Source of the DNA: Podospora anserina
Taxonomy: Eukaryota
DNA: 64,000 bases
Reading direction: 5' to 3'
Assembly (NCBI GenBank): GCA_017654855.1
Contig: CM030338.1
Span: 3,596,001 to 3,660,000, forward strand
Shown piece after piece: positions 14,660 through 28,539 of this stretch. Within the stretch, counting starts at the first letter, position 1. Every line of letters starts with the position of its first letter. The notes beneath the pieces were generated by a model, which saw only the letters and a program-made list of their open reading frames with translations, made no database searches and was not told where the DNA came from. Made by a program: the position numbers and the translations under genes.

Positions 14660-16610
14660 ACGTACATTATTAGCGAGTAACCCATATCAGCGAGTGACCC
14701 ACTTTCTACGCGACGCGACATCTTTGCACTTCATAACAACTTTCCTCTACCATCTAAAATGCCCACTACTTTAAAAGAAAGCCAGATAATCTTAGCCCTC
14801 CAAGCTCTTCAAAATGATAAGAATCTAAGCGAACGAGCTGCAGCTAAAACTTACGGAGTCGACTGTAAAACACTAGGGCGTCGCTGCATCGGCAAGCCTA
14901 CACGATACAAAACTATACCTAATTCGAAGAAGCTTACTTAATCAAAAGAGGAAACTATTGTCCAATATATTATTAAGCTATATGCGCGAGCTTTTCCACC
15001 TAGATTGCGTAGTGTGGAAGATATGGCCAACTAACTGCTACGCGTACGCGATACGCCCCCTATCGGTAAGCTTTAGGTATATCGATTTGTTAAACGCTAG
15101 CTAGAGCTCCGTACGCGCTTTACACGTAGATATAACTATTAGAGAGCTAAATATAAGGATCTAAAGGTTATTATTAGTAAGTGGTTTGCGTTTGTACGGA
15201 ACACTAAGGTTAAATATAATATTATAAATAACGATATCTATAACTTCGACGAGATTAGGTTTATAATAAGTATTATTTTCGTAGGTATAGTAGTTACGAT
15301 CTCGGACGGCTTTAGTTAAGCGAAACTAGTTTAGCCTAGTAACCGCGAATAGGCAACGGTAATCTAGAGAGTTAATGCCCTCCATTAAGTTATTCCTCCC
15401 TTTATTATTTTAATTACGTAATACTATTTTATAAACTAATATACCGAATATAATTTATTATTTTCCTAGCGTATCGTAATTATTAATAATAATTAAATTA
15501 TTAATCTGGTAAGCTTAGATTAAATTAAATACTTCGATTACTATACGGCGCCCTAAATAAAAAGTAAATACCGGTTATTAATTCTCGACGGCTACGAAAG
15601 TTATTACTCGATTATATTCGAGCGCTATTACTAGTAGAATAATATTATTACGCTCTATATACCTCCGCATTCTTTATACTACCTCCAGCTACTAGATATC
15701 GGCTGCTTTAAGCTATTAAAGTAAGCGTACGGCCGCTAAATCGAGGACTTAATATATATATATATTAACTACGTAAGTAAGCTCGAATTCCTTTATACTT
15801 TCCGTAAGGCTTTCTTCGCCTTTATAACGGAGAAAAATATATAGGGTAACTTTGCGGGTATTGGCCTTATGCTATACGATCCAGAGAGGGTACTTTCTAA
15901 ACTAGATATAAAGCTTCGTACGCTAATACCCCTATCCTTAAAGCCTAGCACTATACAACCTTGGGTCTCCCAAATACCACACAACCCTCGAGAAGCTAAT
16001 TCACAGTTAACGCTTATTAAGACTCGTATTGCTAACCATCAAAATAGTTCCCCGAGTTCAATGTTAGTTACGGTAAACTAGTTTGCTAAGGGTATAACGG
16101 TTATGATGCACCAGGTAGCTCTCCTTCGAGCAGAGGTCTCGTCGCTCCGTAAGGCCAATAAGGCACTAAGCAAACGCCGGAGAGCTAAAAAAACACGCGT
16201 AAGGCTTGGAGGGTCACTTACTGTATAAGAGGCACAGGATCTACTGGATCAGAAGGCCGTGGATAGGAAGGGAGTGTAAAAAACGCAGCCGGAAAGTAGT
16301 GATGCAGGGGGGGCTCGTACGAAGTTTCGGTGCTGTAGTGTGTGCGGCAAGCCTGGCTATAATACGCGCACTTGCTAGGAGGGTGCAGAAGCATCTGATT
16401 CAGCTGTTTCTGATATAATTATAGTTAATTCCTTGTGTTGATGTGGTGTAATTAAGGATGGTTTGTTAGGGTGTAGTGGGAGGTGGGTCATTCGCTAATA
16501 TGGGTCACTCGCTAATATAGGTTACTCGCTGATATGAGTCACTCGCTGATATAGGTTACTCGCTGATATGGGTTACTCACTGATATGGGTCACTCGCTGA
16601 TAATGTACGT
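14660..16610 (+). mobile_element. pogo/Fot1-like (Tc1/mariner) DNA transposon, RIP-inactivated
   Basis: TA flanks; ACGTACATTAT...ATAATGTACGT TIRs with 17-bp subterminal repeats. Transposase starts at 14759 (MPTTLKESQIILALQAL...SERAAAKTYGV, HTH) and ends in a CSVCGKPGxNxRTC knuckle; internal stops. Confidence 0.95.
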
Positions 16611-17280
16611 TATGTAATAAAATATAGAGAAGGAGGGGTTTAGAAACTTAATAGACGCGGAAGAATTTAACTTATTAAATGCCTTCTCGTTTCCTTTTAA
16701 ATCCTTATTAATCCCTTAATTTACTTCCCTCTTTAATTTTCCGCTAACTGTAATTATTAGTATTAAAAGAAATAAATATATCGTAGACCTTCCCTATAAT
16801 TATAAAGGGTCTAAATTAAATTCTATATCGAGTAGTTTTTAGTAATTAAATAAAATAATAATTCCCTTTAAGTTTTATATTCCCATAATAATAAACTCAC
16901 CGTTTCTTTCTAAGCGTATAATTAGCTAACCCTTCATTTATAATTACTTAGGATCGTTAATAATATACTTTTCGTTTAATTATATGTTTAGTTTTATAGA
17001 ATAAGAGTAGGCTTTTGGAGTTCCTTAGAATCAAAGGGAGAAAATCGTTAAGTTATTAAGTATAATAATTCGAAAAGAATAGAAATATACTTTTAAATCC
17101 GAGAGGTAAGTATACTCTTTTCTTTAATTAAGGGGATAAATAGGTTCAAGGAGAAAGAAAGGTAGGATTATAGTATTGTTTCTTTACTTCGTTAAAGGAT
17201 ATTTACCTTTCGTTTATAAAAGATTTTTCTTTTATATATATATTTATTCGTTAGTCTATAATAATTATATACGAAGGGAG

Positions 17281-17408
17281 GTTTAGTTTAGGGTACGGTT
17301 ATAGGCCTAAGAGATATAAGTGAGGAAGTGGGGCTCTCGGAGGATTCGGGGGGAGTTTAGGGGCTATGTATATAAGCTGTCTGCTTCTGATATTCTATTT
17401 TAGACTGG
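17281..17408 (+). repeat. Truncated family-B LTR
   Basis: Matches 4438-4568 and breaks exactly where the family-A LTR begins at 17409. Confidence 0.75.
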
Positions 17409-17886
17409 TGTTACAACCCTGGGGTATGGACGAGAATAACGATTGGTTGTGGAACCACGGGAGCAGGGGCCAATCGGGAAAACACCCAGGAGAGCCAATC
17501 ACAGGGAGGGACGGTGATCAGTGCGATCAGAGCACTGATCAGACTGAGCAGGCCAGGCCGGGGTGATCAGTGTGATCAGGACACTGATCAGGCTGAGCGT
17601 AAGTGATCAGTATACTCGGGACACTGATCAGGCTGAGCGTAAGTGATCAGTATACTCGGGACACTGATCAGAGGAATCACGGCTAGAAAAAGAAGTCTAT
17701 ATATACGGAGGAACTGGCTGGTGTAGATAGACAGTTCCGCAGTATGCAATTCACAGTTGTATTCACGGCATCTTGTGTTTACATCGAGACATCTTGTTAT
17801 GCACTGTTTAGCTGCACCGAACCAATTGTCAGAAGTTACCTTTAACCAGTATCCCTTTCAGAGGTTCTGTACAGGGGTTCGTCACA
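17409..17886 (+). mobile_element. LTR, family A (sense orientation)
   Basis: TGTTACA...GTCACA termini; CCAAT boxes; TGATCA-rich repeats with an exact 40-bp tandem (17581-17660); TATATATA at 17698; family-A core. Flanks ACTGG/AGTAC do not match. Confidence 0.9.
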
Positions 17887-19219
17887 AGTACCCGAATAAT
17901 TAATACATAGATATTACGATTTGCGTTTATCGTTAAGGGTAGTTATTACCGTAGTAACTATATTTACTATTTTCCTTCTCTAAACAACGTTAAAACTACT
18001 TATCGTCGATCTGTATAGTTATAGCGATATATTTGTCGATAATATTAAGCCTTGATTCTTCGTATAATCTTTTTTTTACCTTTTCCTTAAAGCCGTTATA
18101 GTAGAGTTACATTAACTCTTTATTATTGGTTTTGTTACGTAGGTTATTAATTTTAAACAGAGCTGCGTAATTTACTATTAAGCGCGTCTAGCGTAAGTTT
18201 ACGAGCCTCTCCTACGCGTACTTTATTCCGTCGTGCTCCTTAAATATTTCTTTAAGTTTTATTTCGAAGACTCGGTAGTTCTTAAAGTATTAAACGGTAA
18301 TTTCTTCCTAATCTCTCTCTATTACTTTATAATGTTTGTTAAAAATAGGTTCGACCTATACGAGAGCCCTATCTTTAAGCCTAGTAGCCGCAAATATTTC
18401 TTTAAACTTTTCGGTAATAAACTAGTTTAGGTAGTAATAAAAATACACTTTTAATCTCGGTTAAAAACCTTTTGAGCTCGGCCTTTCTTGCTCTATAACG
18501 CTCCGGTATTAGGAACTTAATTATAGTTATAAATATAAGTATAGTTACGATAGCGATAGCTTAATCCTTAGTTTATTGAGCTTTGCCCTCGAGCTCTTTA
18601 ATATAATTAATAAGTTACTATATCGAGATAATTTTAGGCTTAGTAGTTATAGTAAAAGGTTCTGGGTTAATTATGTTATGTGAGACGTTTTTTATTTAAA
18701 CGTTCTTTAACTAAACTATAGTAAAAGAAACAAAAACCTTTAACTTATCCGTAATTTAATAAAAGTAAATATGTAGCGTATAAGGAACCCTTATGTAAAA
18801 CCTTTAAAAGGGATATTAGTTGAAGGTACTTTCAAATAATTTTAGTTGGGTATATCTAAATAGTATATATCAAATAGCATATTCCAATTAAAATATTCAA
18901 TATATTAATAATTATAATTTATATTATATACAACGGAATTATTTATTTTTACTAATTAATTCCTCTGCGGAAATAGATTAGTAAATTACTTGGATTACTA
19001 CACTAAGCGTAATCCTAAATTACTTTTCCTGGCGTTAAATTACTATAGATTATAGTACTAAGAGTAATCCTGGATCACTTTCGTTACCTTGGGATCACTT
19101 GGATTACCGCGCCCCGGCGCTCCTACGCGCTCCACTTCCAATTAGTTCCTGTAACGATTAGTTGGGCACACCCCGTGCCCTATATACTATTTAACTTACC
19201 TGTTAGTTTAACTGTGATA
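17887..19219 (-). mobile_element. 5' fragment of a gypsy element: gag start plus heavily RIPed family-A 5' LTR (18779-19219)
   Basis: 18170-18780 aligns with 37400-37990. The LTR is a transition-mutated family-A copy ending in ttaactgtgata. Confidence 0.75.
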
Positions 19220-20089
19220 TTTACCCTTAGTAAAATATTTTAGGTAATATATAAATTATATATAGAGAGAAACTAAATAGTTAGTAAATAGTTCTATAAT
19301 ATATTATATAAGTTTTATTCGTTAGTATTAACACTATTATGATTAAAATAAGCCGTTCATGTATATTATTTAGCTATTCGAGCCTATATTCTACAGGCCA
19401 CAATAGCACCCATTTCAACTCTACAGTTATATAGATCGACGATCGATAATTCTAATATTATACGGAAAAAAAATAACCGGGGTTTACTACGGTAATAGTA
19501 ATAAGGGATACTTTAATAATAACTATTCTAACGATAAACGTAAGTAGAGATATTTTATTATTAATTACTTCGGTATTATATATTTAGGACCGATAAACGT
19601 CGACGCTATTTTCATAATAGAAATTATAAAGCCAGGGTTAAGGTAAAGATAACTTTAAATATTTTAATTATAAGAAAGAAAAGTACTTTGAAAAGGACTA
19701 TAAACTACTTAAATAATTCGGATAAAAAAATTGTATTCATTACTATATTAAAGAAACCGAGGATTATAAAGGTCGTAACTATAGGGTATTAGTAAACTGA
19801 AATAGTAAGTTTCGAGAAAGACTTTAATTAATATACCGAATAAAAGGAAGTAAAGTTTCAGAAATTACGAAAAGGAATAGAAAGGCTAAAGGCGGAGTAC
19901 GAAAAAAATTATTTTTTAATAATAAATATTATAGGATTAATTAAAATAAGTTATTATAGAAATCGCTACGGAGGTTATCAAGATAATAACCCTATATCAT
20001 AAAAAGTACCTACCCGGTAGATAATATTAAAAAGGTAGTACAGTAGATATAAGATTATTATCTTGTAAAAATAGCTTATAAAGTTTATA
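19220..20089 (+). mobile_element. Gypsy gag fragment
   Basis: GPxxVDA motif (~19587-19607) followed by a RIPed CCHC knuckle; homologous to 28700-29200. Confidence 0.7.
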
Positions 20090-21945
20090 ACGTGTATGAT
20101 AAGCGAGCGCCGCAGATAAGCGAGCGCCGCACTTTTCGACGCGACTTAACCCTCTACCTTTAATATTCCATTTCTGAACCAAAAACCATATTTTTTACCT
20201 CTAACGAAACTAGAGTAATTCTGGCCGCTAAAACTATAAAAAACAATAAAGACCTAAGTAAACGAGCCGCAGTAAAGATCTATAAAGTTAACGATAAAAC
20301 TATTTATTATTAATTTACCGGTATACTTATACGACGTAATACTTTAGTTAATTCGCGTAAATTTATAAATTTTAAAAAAAATTAAATTATTTAATATATA
20401 ATTAAGTTATCTATATATACTTTATCCCCGATCTTCGTATATAAAAAATATAATTAATCGATTATTATACAAACGCGACGCGCTTCTTATTAACGTACGA
20501 TAGGCTTATAATTTTATTAAATATTAAATAGAATTTCGGACGCGTTTTATATATAAATATAATTATTAAAGGGTTAAATATAAGAATTTAAAGGTTATTA
20601 GCGAATAATTTACCATTATATAGAATATTAAAGTTAAATATAGTATTATAAATAATATTATTTATAATTTCGACGAAATTAGGTTTATAATAAATATTAT
20701 TTTCGTAAATATAATAATTATAATTTCGGATAACCGTAATAAAATTAAATAAGTTTAGTTTAATAATTATAAATAAACTATAATTATTTAAAATATAAAT
20801 ATTTTAAATTAAATTATTTTATTATTTATTATTTTAATTAAATAATATTATTTTATTAATTAATATTAAAAATATAATTTTTCGGTTACCTAATATATTA
20901 TAATAATTAATAATAATTAAATTATTAATAAAAAAATATAAATTAAATTCGGTACTTTAATTTTTATATAGTATTTTATACGAAAGAAAAATATCGGTTA
21001 TTAATCTTTAACGGTTACGAAAGTTATTACTTTAAAAAATTCGAGATTTATTATTAAAATATAATATTATTATATTATATATACCTCCGTACTCCTCTTA
21101 TATACTATAATTATTAAATATTAATTATTTTACGTTATTAAAAAAATATATAGCCGCTAAATTAAATAATTAATATAAATAAATATTATATATATTAATA
21201 AATTAAAGTTTTTTTATATATTTAAAAAAATATATTTTACTTCGATTATAAAAAAAAATATTTAAAAAGATTTTATTAAAATTAACTTTATATTATATAA
21301 TTTAAAAAGAATAATATTTAAACTAAATATATATATTTAAACCTTAATACCTTTAGCCTTAAACTTAATTACGGTATTACTTTAAGTCTCTTAAACGCTA
21401 TATAACTTTCGAAAGGTTTCTTTATAATTAACGTTTATTAAAACTCGAATTTTTAATTATTAAGAGAGCTCTCTAACTTTAATATTAGCCGCTATAAACC
21501 CATTTACTAAAGAAATAATAAATATAATATACGAGGTAACTCTTCTCCGTATAGAGGTCTCTTCGCTATATAAGGCTAATAAGGAGCTTAGTAAAAAACG
21601 GAGAGCTAAAAAAACACGTGTATAGCTTAGAGGGTTACTTACTATATAAGAGGCACAGAATCTACTAGATTAAAAGGCTATAGGTAAGTAAGTAACCCAG
21701 GAAATACAATAAAGTAGTGGTAGTACAGGGGAGTCTCGTACGAAGATTCGGTACTATAGCGTGTGCGGTAAGCCTGGCCATAATGCACGTACATGCCAGG
21801 AGGCTGCAGAATCATCTGATTCATCTATTTCTAGTTCAGTTATCGTTGTTTCCTAGTGTTGTGGTTATGTAACTACGGATAGCTGTGGTAGGGTGGTAAA
21901 AAGTGCGGCGCTCGCTTATCTACGGCACTCGCTTAACATGCACGT
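20090..21945 (+). mobile_element. pogo/Fot1-like DNA transposon, heavily RIPed
   Basis: TA flanks; ACGTG...CACGT TIRs with two TAAGCGAGCGCCGCA-type repeats per end; collinear with 14660-16610; C-terminal VCGKPGHNARTC retained. Confidence 0.93.
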
Positions 21946-23606
21946 TAATGAAATATAATAGTTAAAACTAATATTATTCTTCAAATAGAAAGACCTACAA
22001 TTAGAAAATAATCTTTTTAGTTGATTTCGAGGGTTTGTTAGAATCAGTAGATGACTGACCAAGTTTTATTCCTTAATATAATACCCTAGAAGGGTTTTTA
22101 AGTTGTTAGAAGCCTAACGACTTGTGAAAAACTTCCTTTTTATTTATTAATATTTAACGAAACAAAATATTATTAAAATAAAACGTTAAAAAAGTTTAAA
22201 AACAATAATATACAATTTCTAGTATTTTTTAAAATATTCCAAGGCTCATTTAAAGCTATTAAACTCTAAACCCCTTATAAAAAGTACTTTTAATAATGAA
22301 CTATTGAATAAAATATTACTCTACTAGAATTAATATCGCTTATAGGTCTAAATGACTTACGCTACTTCTTAATAGTTTAGAGTAAAAGGATTTTGATATT
22401 ATAAAAAGTTTCTGTAGGTCTTGACAATAATACTCAAAATACTAAAAACGTAGGAATTAGTAAAACCGTAAATAAGGGTTTTTAGAAATGTTAAGAATCG
22501 GGATTTAGGAACTTAAATGACTAATTCCCGCTACTTTATTGCGTGGATCCAATACCTCTAATAGTTTAAAAATAGTTTTAGAGTGTATAATTTAAACTAT
22601 AGGATTTAATACATCTTTATTTAATTAGTTTTAATTAGTTTAATAAAACTTTGGTAGGGTTATTAACTTTAAACGGCTATAAAATGAATTTAAAACGTTT
22701 ATCTATAGTACTTACTACTGCAAATTAGAGTCTTTAAAAACAAACTTTCATTATAGTTATTATTACTTATTTTAAATAGTTTAGTTTAACGATTTCCTTA
22801 TTGATAGAGGTTATTTACCGTATCTTAGAAGGGGTAAGATTGTTTAGCCCTTGAACTTTAGTAAATTAAGAAGATACTTTCATAGATAGAAACTTCTATA
22901 TATATTATAGAACATTTATTATCGATATTAGTCTAATATCTACAGCTAAACCTATTTGACCTTTAATTTTTTAAACTTTGCCCTCAGTATTCTTTTATAA
23001 TATAAAGTTTTGTTATTGATATTGTCATTAAATATGCCACAGATTTATTCTTTTTTATTTAAAGTTTATATTTATTTTATTGTAAATATGGTTCTTTTAA
23101 CTTATATTTGACATTTCTTTGATCAGATGTTCAACTTTCTAGCTGTATATTATCTATTAACAATAAAATATAACATAATCAACGAAAATAAGTATTTTTA
23201 TACATAAATAATACAGCGTACTTTAAATTTATAGAACTTCAATAACGCTGATATTAATATTAAGATTTGAATATTAAAATATAAAGTTTAAATATTTTTT
23301 AAAGTGGTTCTAGAAGTTCAAATAAATGACCATAATGTTTCAATTGATTAAAAGTCTATACTTGATATCAAAGTTTTGAAGATAATATATAAGTTTATTT
23401 GTTATGAAATACGTTTAAAATTAAAAGATTAATAATACGAAAGTGTAAATTGATTATTTTTTTAATAAATACTATTATGTAAAAAAAATTAAAGGCCTTA
23501 AAAGTAGTTTAATATAAAATGCAAAGTTCTCTAATTTTTTATATAATAAAATAATGATTGAAACTTATTTTTAAGATAAACTCATTTTAAATATTAAATA
23601 TACTAC

Positions 23607-23775
23607 TATCACAGTGCCGACCAAGAGCTAGGGTAAATGTCTTGTTATTGCGCGAGGGAAAAGAAGAGAAGAGCGAAGCTCACCACGAAGCGGTGTCTAA
23701 ATATAGTCTGAACGGTGCTACCCCAGTCGTGCCCCACACTCCTACCCTCTCCAGTCGTTGCTTTGGTACGTGACA
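23607..23775. mobile_element. Short solo LTR (169 bp), distinct family
   Basis: TATCAC (RIP form of TGTCAC)...GTGACA termini; perfect TSD ACTAC; GC-rich island. Confidence 0.85.
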
Positions 23776-26700
23776 ACTACCTTTAAAATATACCTTTTAT
23801 TAATAAGACCTACTGTTAAAATAAGGTGGATATACTTAATAACCGTACTATACTTGAAATATTTAATAAATTTATTTTTGTGTCTTTATACAATCAGACA
23901 TTTCAACTTGAAGCTCTTTATATATAAATTTATCTTCAAAAGTAATTTTGGTTATAACCGTACTATTCTTAAAATATCAAAGTAAATCATTTTTATTTTT
24001 ATAATATGAAACGCTTTAGCTCGAGTTTTAAAATCAGTGTTAAAGTCGTAAATAATTATTAGTGTTATGATTAATATGTTCATGGTAGTTAATCTCAAAA
24101 TAATAATATAAAATAGATATACAATAATACTTAAGATTAAAATTGCCCTTAAGTATAGTAATTTCAATTAATATTTAAAAGGTATAAAATATTCAAGGAA
24201 ATTATAAAGCATTTATGAATTTCCAGTTTTGTTATTAACTGACTTGTTATTGAAAAGTTTTTTAATAGGTTCAATTATTTAGTTGTTTTTTTATTAATAT
24301 CAAATTTTAATATTACTATAAAACCTTTAGAGATTTTACCCATTCGTTTTTATCACTACTACCTAATTATCTAGGTTTTTACTTCCCTATAATTTAGGTA
24401 GTAAATAATCTCTATTAAGTTGAATTGAAATATTTATTATTAATTTAAATAAACAAACACCGTACTTGATAGATATTATTAACATAATGAATATACCTTC
24501 AATTCTATTGAATTTCACGGTTTAATATTATATAATACTTCTAATATGACATTTTTTACTTAGAAAAATAATACTATAAATACCTTATAAGTTAATCCTA
24601 TTCAAGTAAAGAATGGATATTATGGAACTATAGTCTTTAACTTAAGATTATTTAATCAAGGAATTACTTTGGAAAATTTATAACTTTTTCTTTAATTTTC
24701 TTTCATTAAAAAGTTGAAGCTATAACCTATGACTATTAATTCAATGTTATGTTATTAGATTATTAATAGTGATAATACAGAGGGTTTCCAGTTAAAAAAT
24801 AGAATAGGTATATTAGTTATCAAAAAGGAAGATAAGGGTATTTAGTTAAAGTAAGTTAAAGTAAGTTTTAAACTTACTTTAATCAACCCTGATTAACTAG
24901 TACAATAATGCGCTAGAACATATAGGGTAGATACACTAATAACTATACTAGTTGATAATTTGTGTCATCTATAAAGTTAGTCTAGAATAAGTATAGTAGT
25001 TTGAATAGGGGCTATATATTATTTGAAGTGTAAATGAAAACGATAGTACAAAAAGAGAGTAAATCTAATAAAAATGTTTCCTGAAAAGTTACTTAATTAA
25101 CATGATATACTTAATTTAATATAATGGTTGACTAAAAATCATTTATTTATATTTTATGGATAAAAACACAAAAATGTTTTTATTAAAAATATGAAATATA
25201 TAAATAAATGATGAACAGTTCTTATGCAGTAATTAACTTGATTGATTAGAAGTAAATAATTTAAAACTATGATTAATTAAAATAATGATTTAGTACAAGA
25301 AGTTAATTTTCGATTCAGGTTTTATAGGGACGCTTATGACTGTAATAACGCTATTTCCTTCTGTTTACTTAATATTTAAAATATAAATATTTATTCCTAA
25401 ATGCAAATAACTCCTACGTTTAATTTAAGCCTGATATATAGCGTGTATATATAAACAGAATTTACAAACTAATTACTTTAACGGATAATCAACAATTAAT
25501 AACCAGTAAGGGATTTTCATAAATATATTTATGTAACTTGTAAAAATATATTTCACGGCTAGAGGAATAGAAAACTTTATTTTAAGACTTTAGTTTACCC
25601 TTCAAGGTATAAGAGGGTTAATTGAATCATAAGTAATTACTTACTTGGTTTAATAAGCTAAAAACTCTCCTTTAATATTTCCTTTCAGGCTAAAATATAA
25701 AAAGGATCAAAAAAGTGAATGTTATTAGAAAAAATGAAATAAATTCTTTTGAATAAAACCCTTCTTAATAATCGGAACAAAAACCTCTTTTTTTGCCTTA
25801 AGAGATTTACTTACCTCCCTAAAAATTTCAAATTTTCAATATTAATCCATTCTACCTAACTTTGACTAAAATGATCCACAGTTTTAATTACAAAAATCCT
25901 TGTAATATTTAATATAGACTTATGTTTTCAATAATATTAATAGATTAAAAGAAAATGGTCAAAACTCTTTTTGAAATATAAAAGTAATACCTGAAAAAAT
26001 GATATTACTATAACTTCTAACATCTAACTATATATTAGATATTTCTTATTTTCTATATTTATTTAAGGTAATGTAATTACTTTCTATAGTACAATGTTCT
26101 GTATATACAATAAATAAAACAGAATAACTTTTACCTTAAACCCATTTATTCTAAATATAAACGTATTAAAAAATTAATTTTTCTAAATAAAGTTTATTTT
26201 ACTATTACCCTCCTAAAAAGTCTATTTGCCAAAATATTTATTACAGTACAAAAGAATATAAACCCATTATCTATCCTTTAAATGAATTTCTAATTATTAC
26301 TTTGACGTGTTTGTTGTATATATTGTACCACCCCATATTAATCTTATGAAACGTTTTGTTTTACTTTATGATGTTAATTTTATACTGTCGTACTATTTTG
26401 TTAACTTAATTCTAACTAAGAATCCAACGTTTAGTTTAAAACTAAATTAATCTTATATAAAATAAAATAATTAAAAAGTTGAAGGCCGCGTAATAATCCT
26501 ACTAAAAAGAAATTACTACTACCGTAGTCTAAACACTAATTGATGATTGAATTAAAAGTTTGAAGCGGAAAGGCCATACTATAAATGATAAATAAATAAA
26601 ACATCAATATAAATAGTCTTATTATTATATATTATTTCTTGAATACTATTACTATTTCAAGTTGATGTTTTAGAAACAACCTTATTTCCTTTAATCGTTT

Positions 26701-28539
26701 TGAGAAAGGTTACAAGGAAAACAGGTATGTCGGGTTTAGGGATGGTATTACATAAGTAAATAAACAAGTTTATTTCAATAGCTTAAGGCAGTATAACGGC
26801 AAAACCTTAGGAAAACATACTATTTTACTTCCATTAATTGAATTAATACAACTATAAAAATAAAGAGAATTAAATTCAAAAACCTATGTACTATATTTCT
26901 AAAACTCTAATTGATTTAAATCATAATATATCATAAAAGTTGAACTTTGGGATACGATATAAACACTATGAATACAAAAGGTATTATTAAATAGAATATT
27001 AAAGACTGGAAATGTAACTGGAAAAATACTGATGAATATATTTATTATTTAAAAAAACGAAAAAGGATGAGATTGAATAATATGCGTAAAAAATTAACTT
27101 AATTATTACCAACTGGAAAAAGTAAATATTAAATGAACTAAAGAGTGATTTAGTTATTAAGTTATCATTAGATAATAATTCATACTATACTTAACTGTAT
27201 TTTACAATTAATACTGCATGGAAACTGGATAAACGGCCAAAACTTAAAAAAATATCCCTCCAAAGTTTTTTTTTAAAAACCTATAATATAAAGGAAAACC
27301 AACAAATGAGGAATAAAATAAAAAGCAATACCTAGAGGTACTGAATAACTCTTAACCAAAAATAAAAAGAATAGTATATAAATAAACTTTCTATTATGAA
27401 AAGAAGCAATAATGACTGAACAAACGTAAAGGAAAAATTCCGCTAAGAATATAAGAAGAATACTTTTTTATACCTATAAATTACAAGCTATAATTCACTC
27501 CAAAGTTGGAATTATGGGTTTCTTACTTAGGTGATTATATCGAAATGATGTGATTAGTATTATCAACTCCTTTATTTAATCTAAGACCTACTAAATAATA
27601 AAATAAAGAAGAAGTGTAAGATTGAATGAACCAAGAGCTATAATAAAGGTATAAAACTATATTGGATATTTCTTTATTTAAATCAGAAACGATAAGCTAA
27701 AAAGAAAAATGGTAGTACAGGACCAAACTAGCGGGAAAGAACTTGAAAGCCGAGAGATAATTAATAAATGAACATAAGTTTGTTGTTGATTTGAAAACTA
27801 TTAAATCTATGAATTTATATGCTATAAGCTCTGCTCCTTTTATACTTTACTAATCTCCCAAACTATATTACTTATAAATTAAAACAACCTCTGATAATTG
27901 ATGGAACAAATTTACTTTCAAGAAAGAAAGAGAACTTTAATATAATAATTCAAAAACTCTTTAACTATTATTAAGAACTATAATGATAACAAAATCTATT
28001 AGCGAAATTCAATTTCCACATAAGAGAGGAAGACTGAGAAACAACTAAGAAAAACGTTATTTTACACCGCTAATACCCAACGTTAGTTATCTCGACAGTT
28101 GATACATAACTATTTGGACCCTCATATACCGGCTTATTGTGAACATAACGTACGGCCGTGGAATTTCACCGAGCCTAAAACTATAGAAAGGTTAACCCGC
28201 TATAATTATTAAAAATTTAAACTTATCAATAATAAATCTACTTTGCTATAATATTTAATTGTTGACATTTATATTTTAAACTTAGTTAATGATGACAATA
28301 CATGGATTTCTAAACGATAAATTTAAGTTTAATACCCTACTTATACTAATAATGTTTCTTTACCTAGATTAAAAATAATAGAAACAATAATTGAGGATAT
28401 TATTATAATATACTAAATATTACTACCGTTAAAATCGATAATTTATATACCAATATTAATAATAATAGGTTGATATAATTTTCCTATGATTACTTTAAAG
28501 AGAAAGTAAAAGATAAGCTATATAAGAAATTGAGGCCTA

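Larger units (their letters stand above)
4438..17408 (+). mobile_element. Probable large degenerate Ty3/gypsy element of a second lineage, bracketed by family-B LTRs
   Basis: The + strand at ~9735-9945 back-translates, allowing RIP transitions, to DLFxGYDQ, SRD, LPQGATNS and LDDIxVKG RT motifs. Integrase-like remnants at ~11200-11700. Purine tract gaagggagg precedes the second family-B copy. That both LTRs belong to one element is inferred. Confidence 0.6.

Noticed and set aside
16484-16602. CRISPR-like repeat array
   Set aside because: The units are head-to-tail with no spacers, lie in a transposon TIR, and the DNA is eukaryotic.
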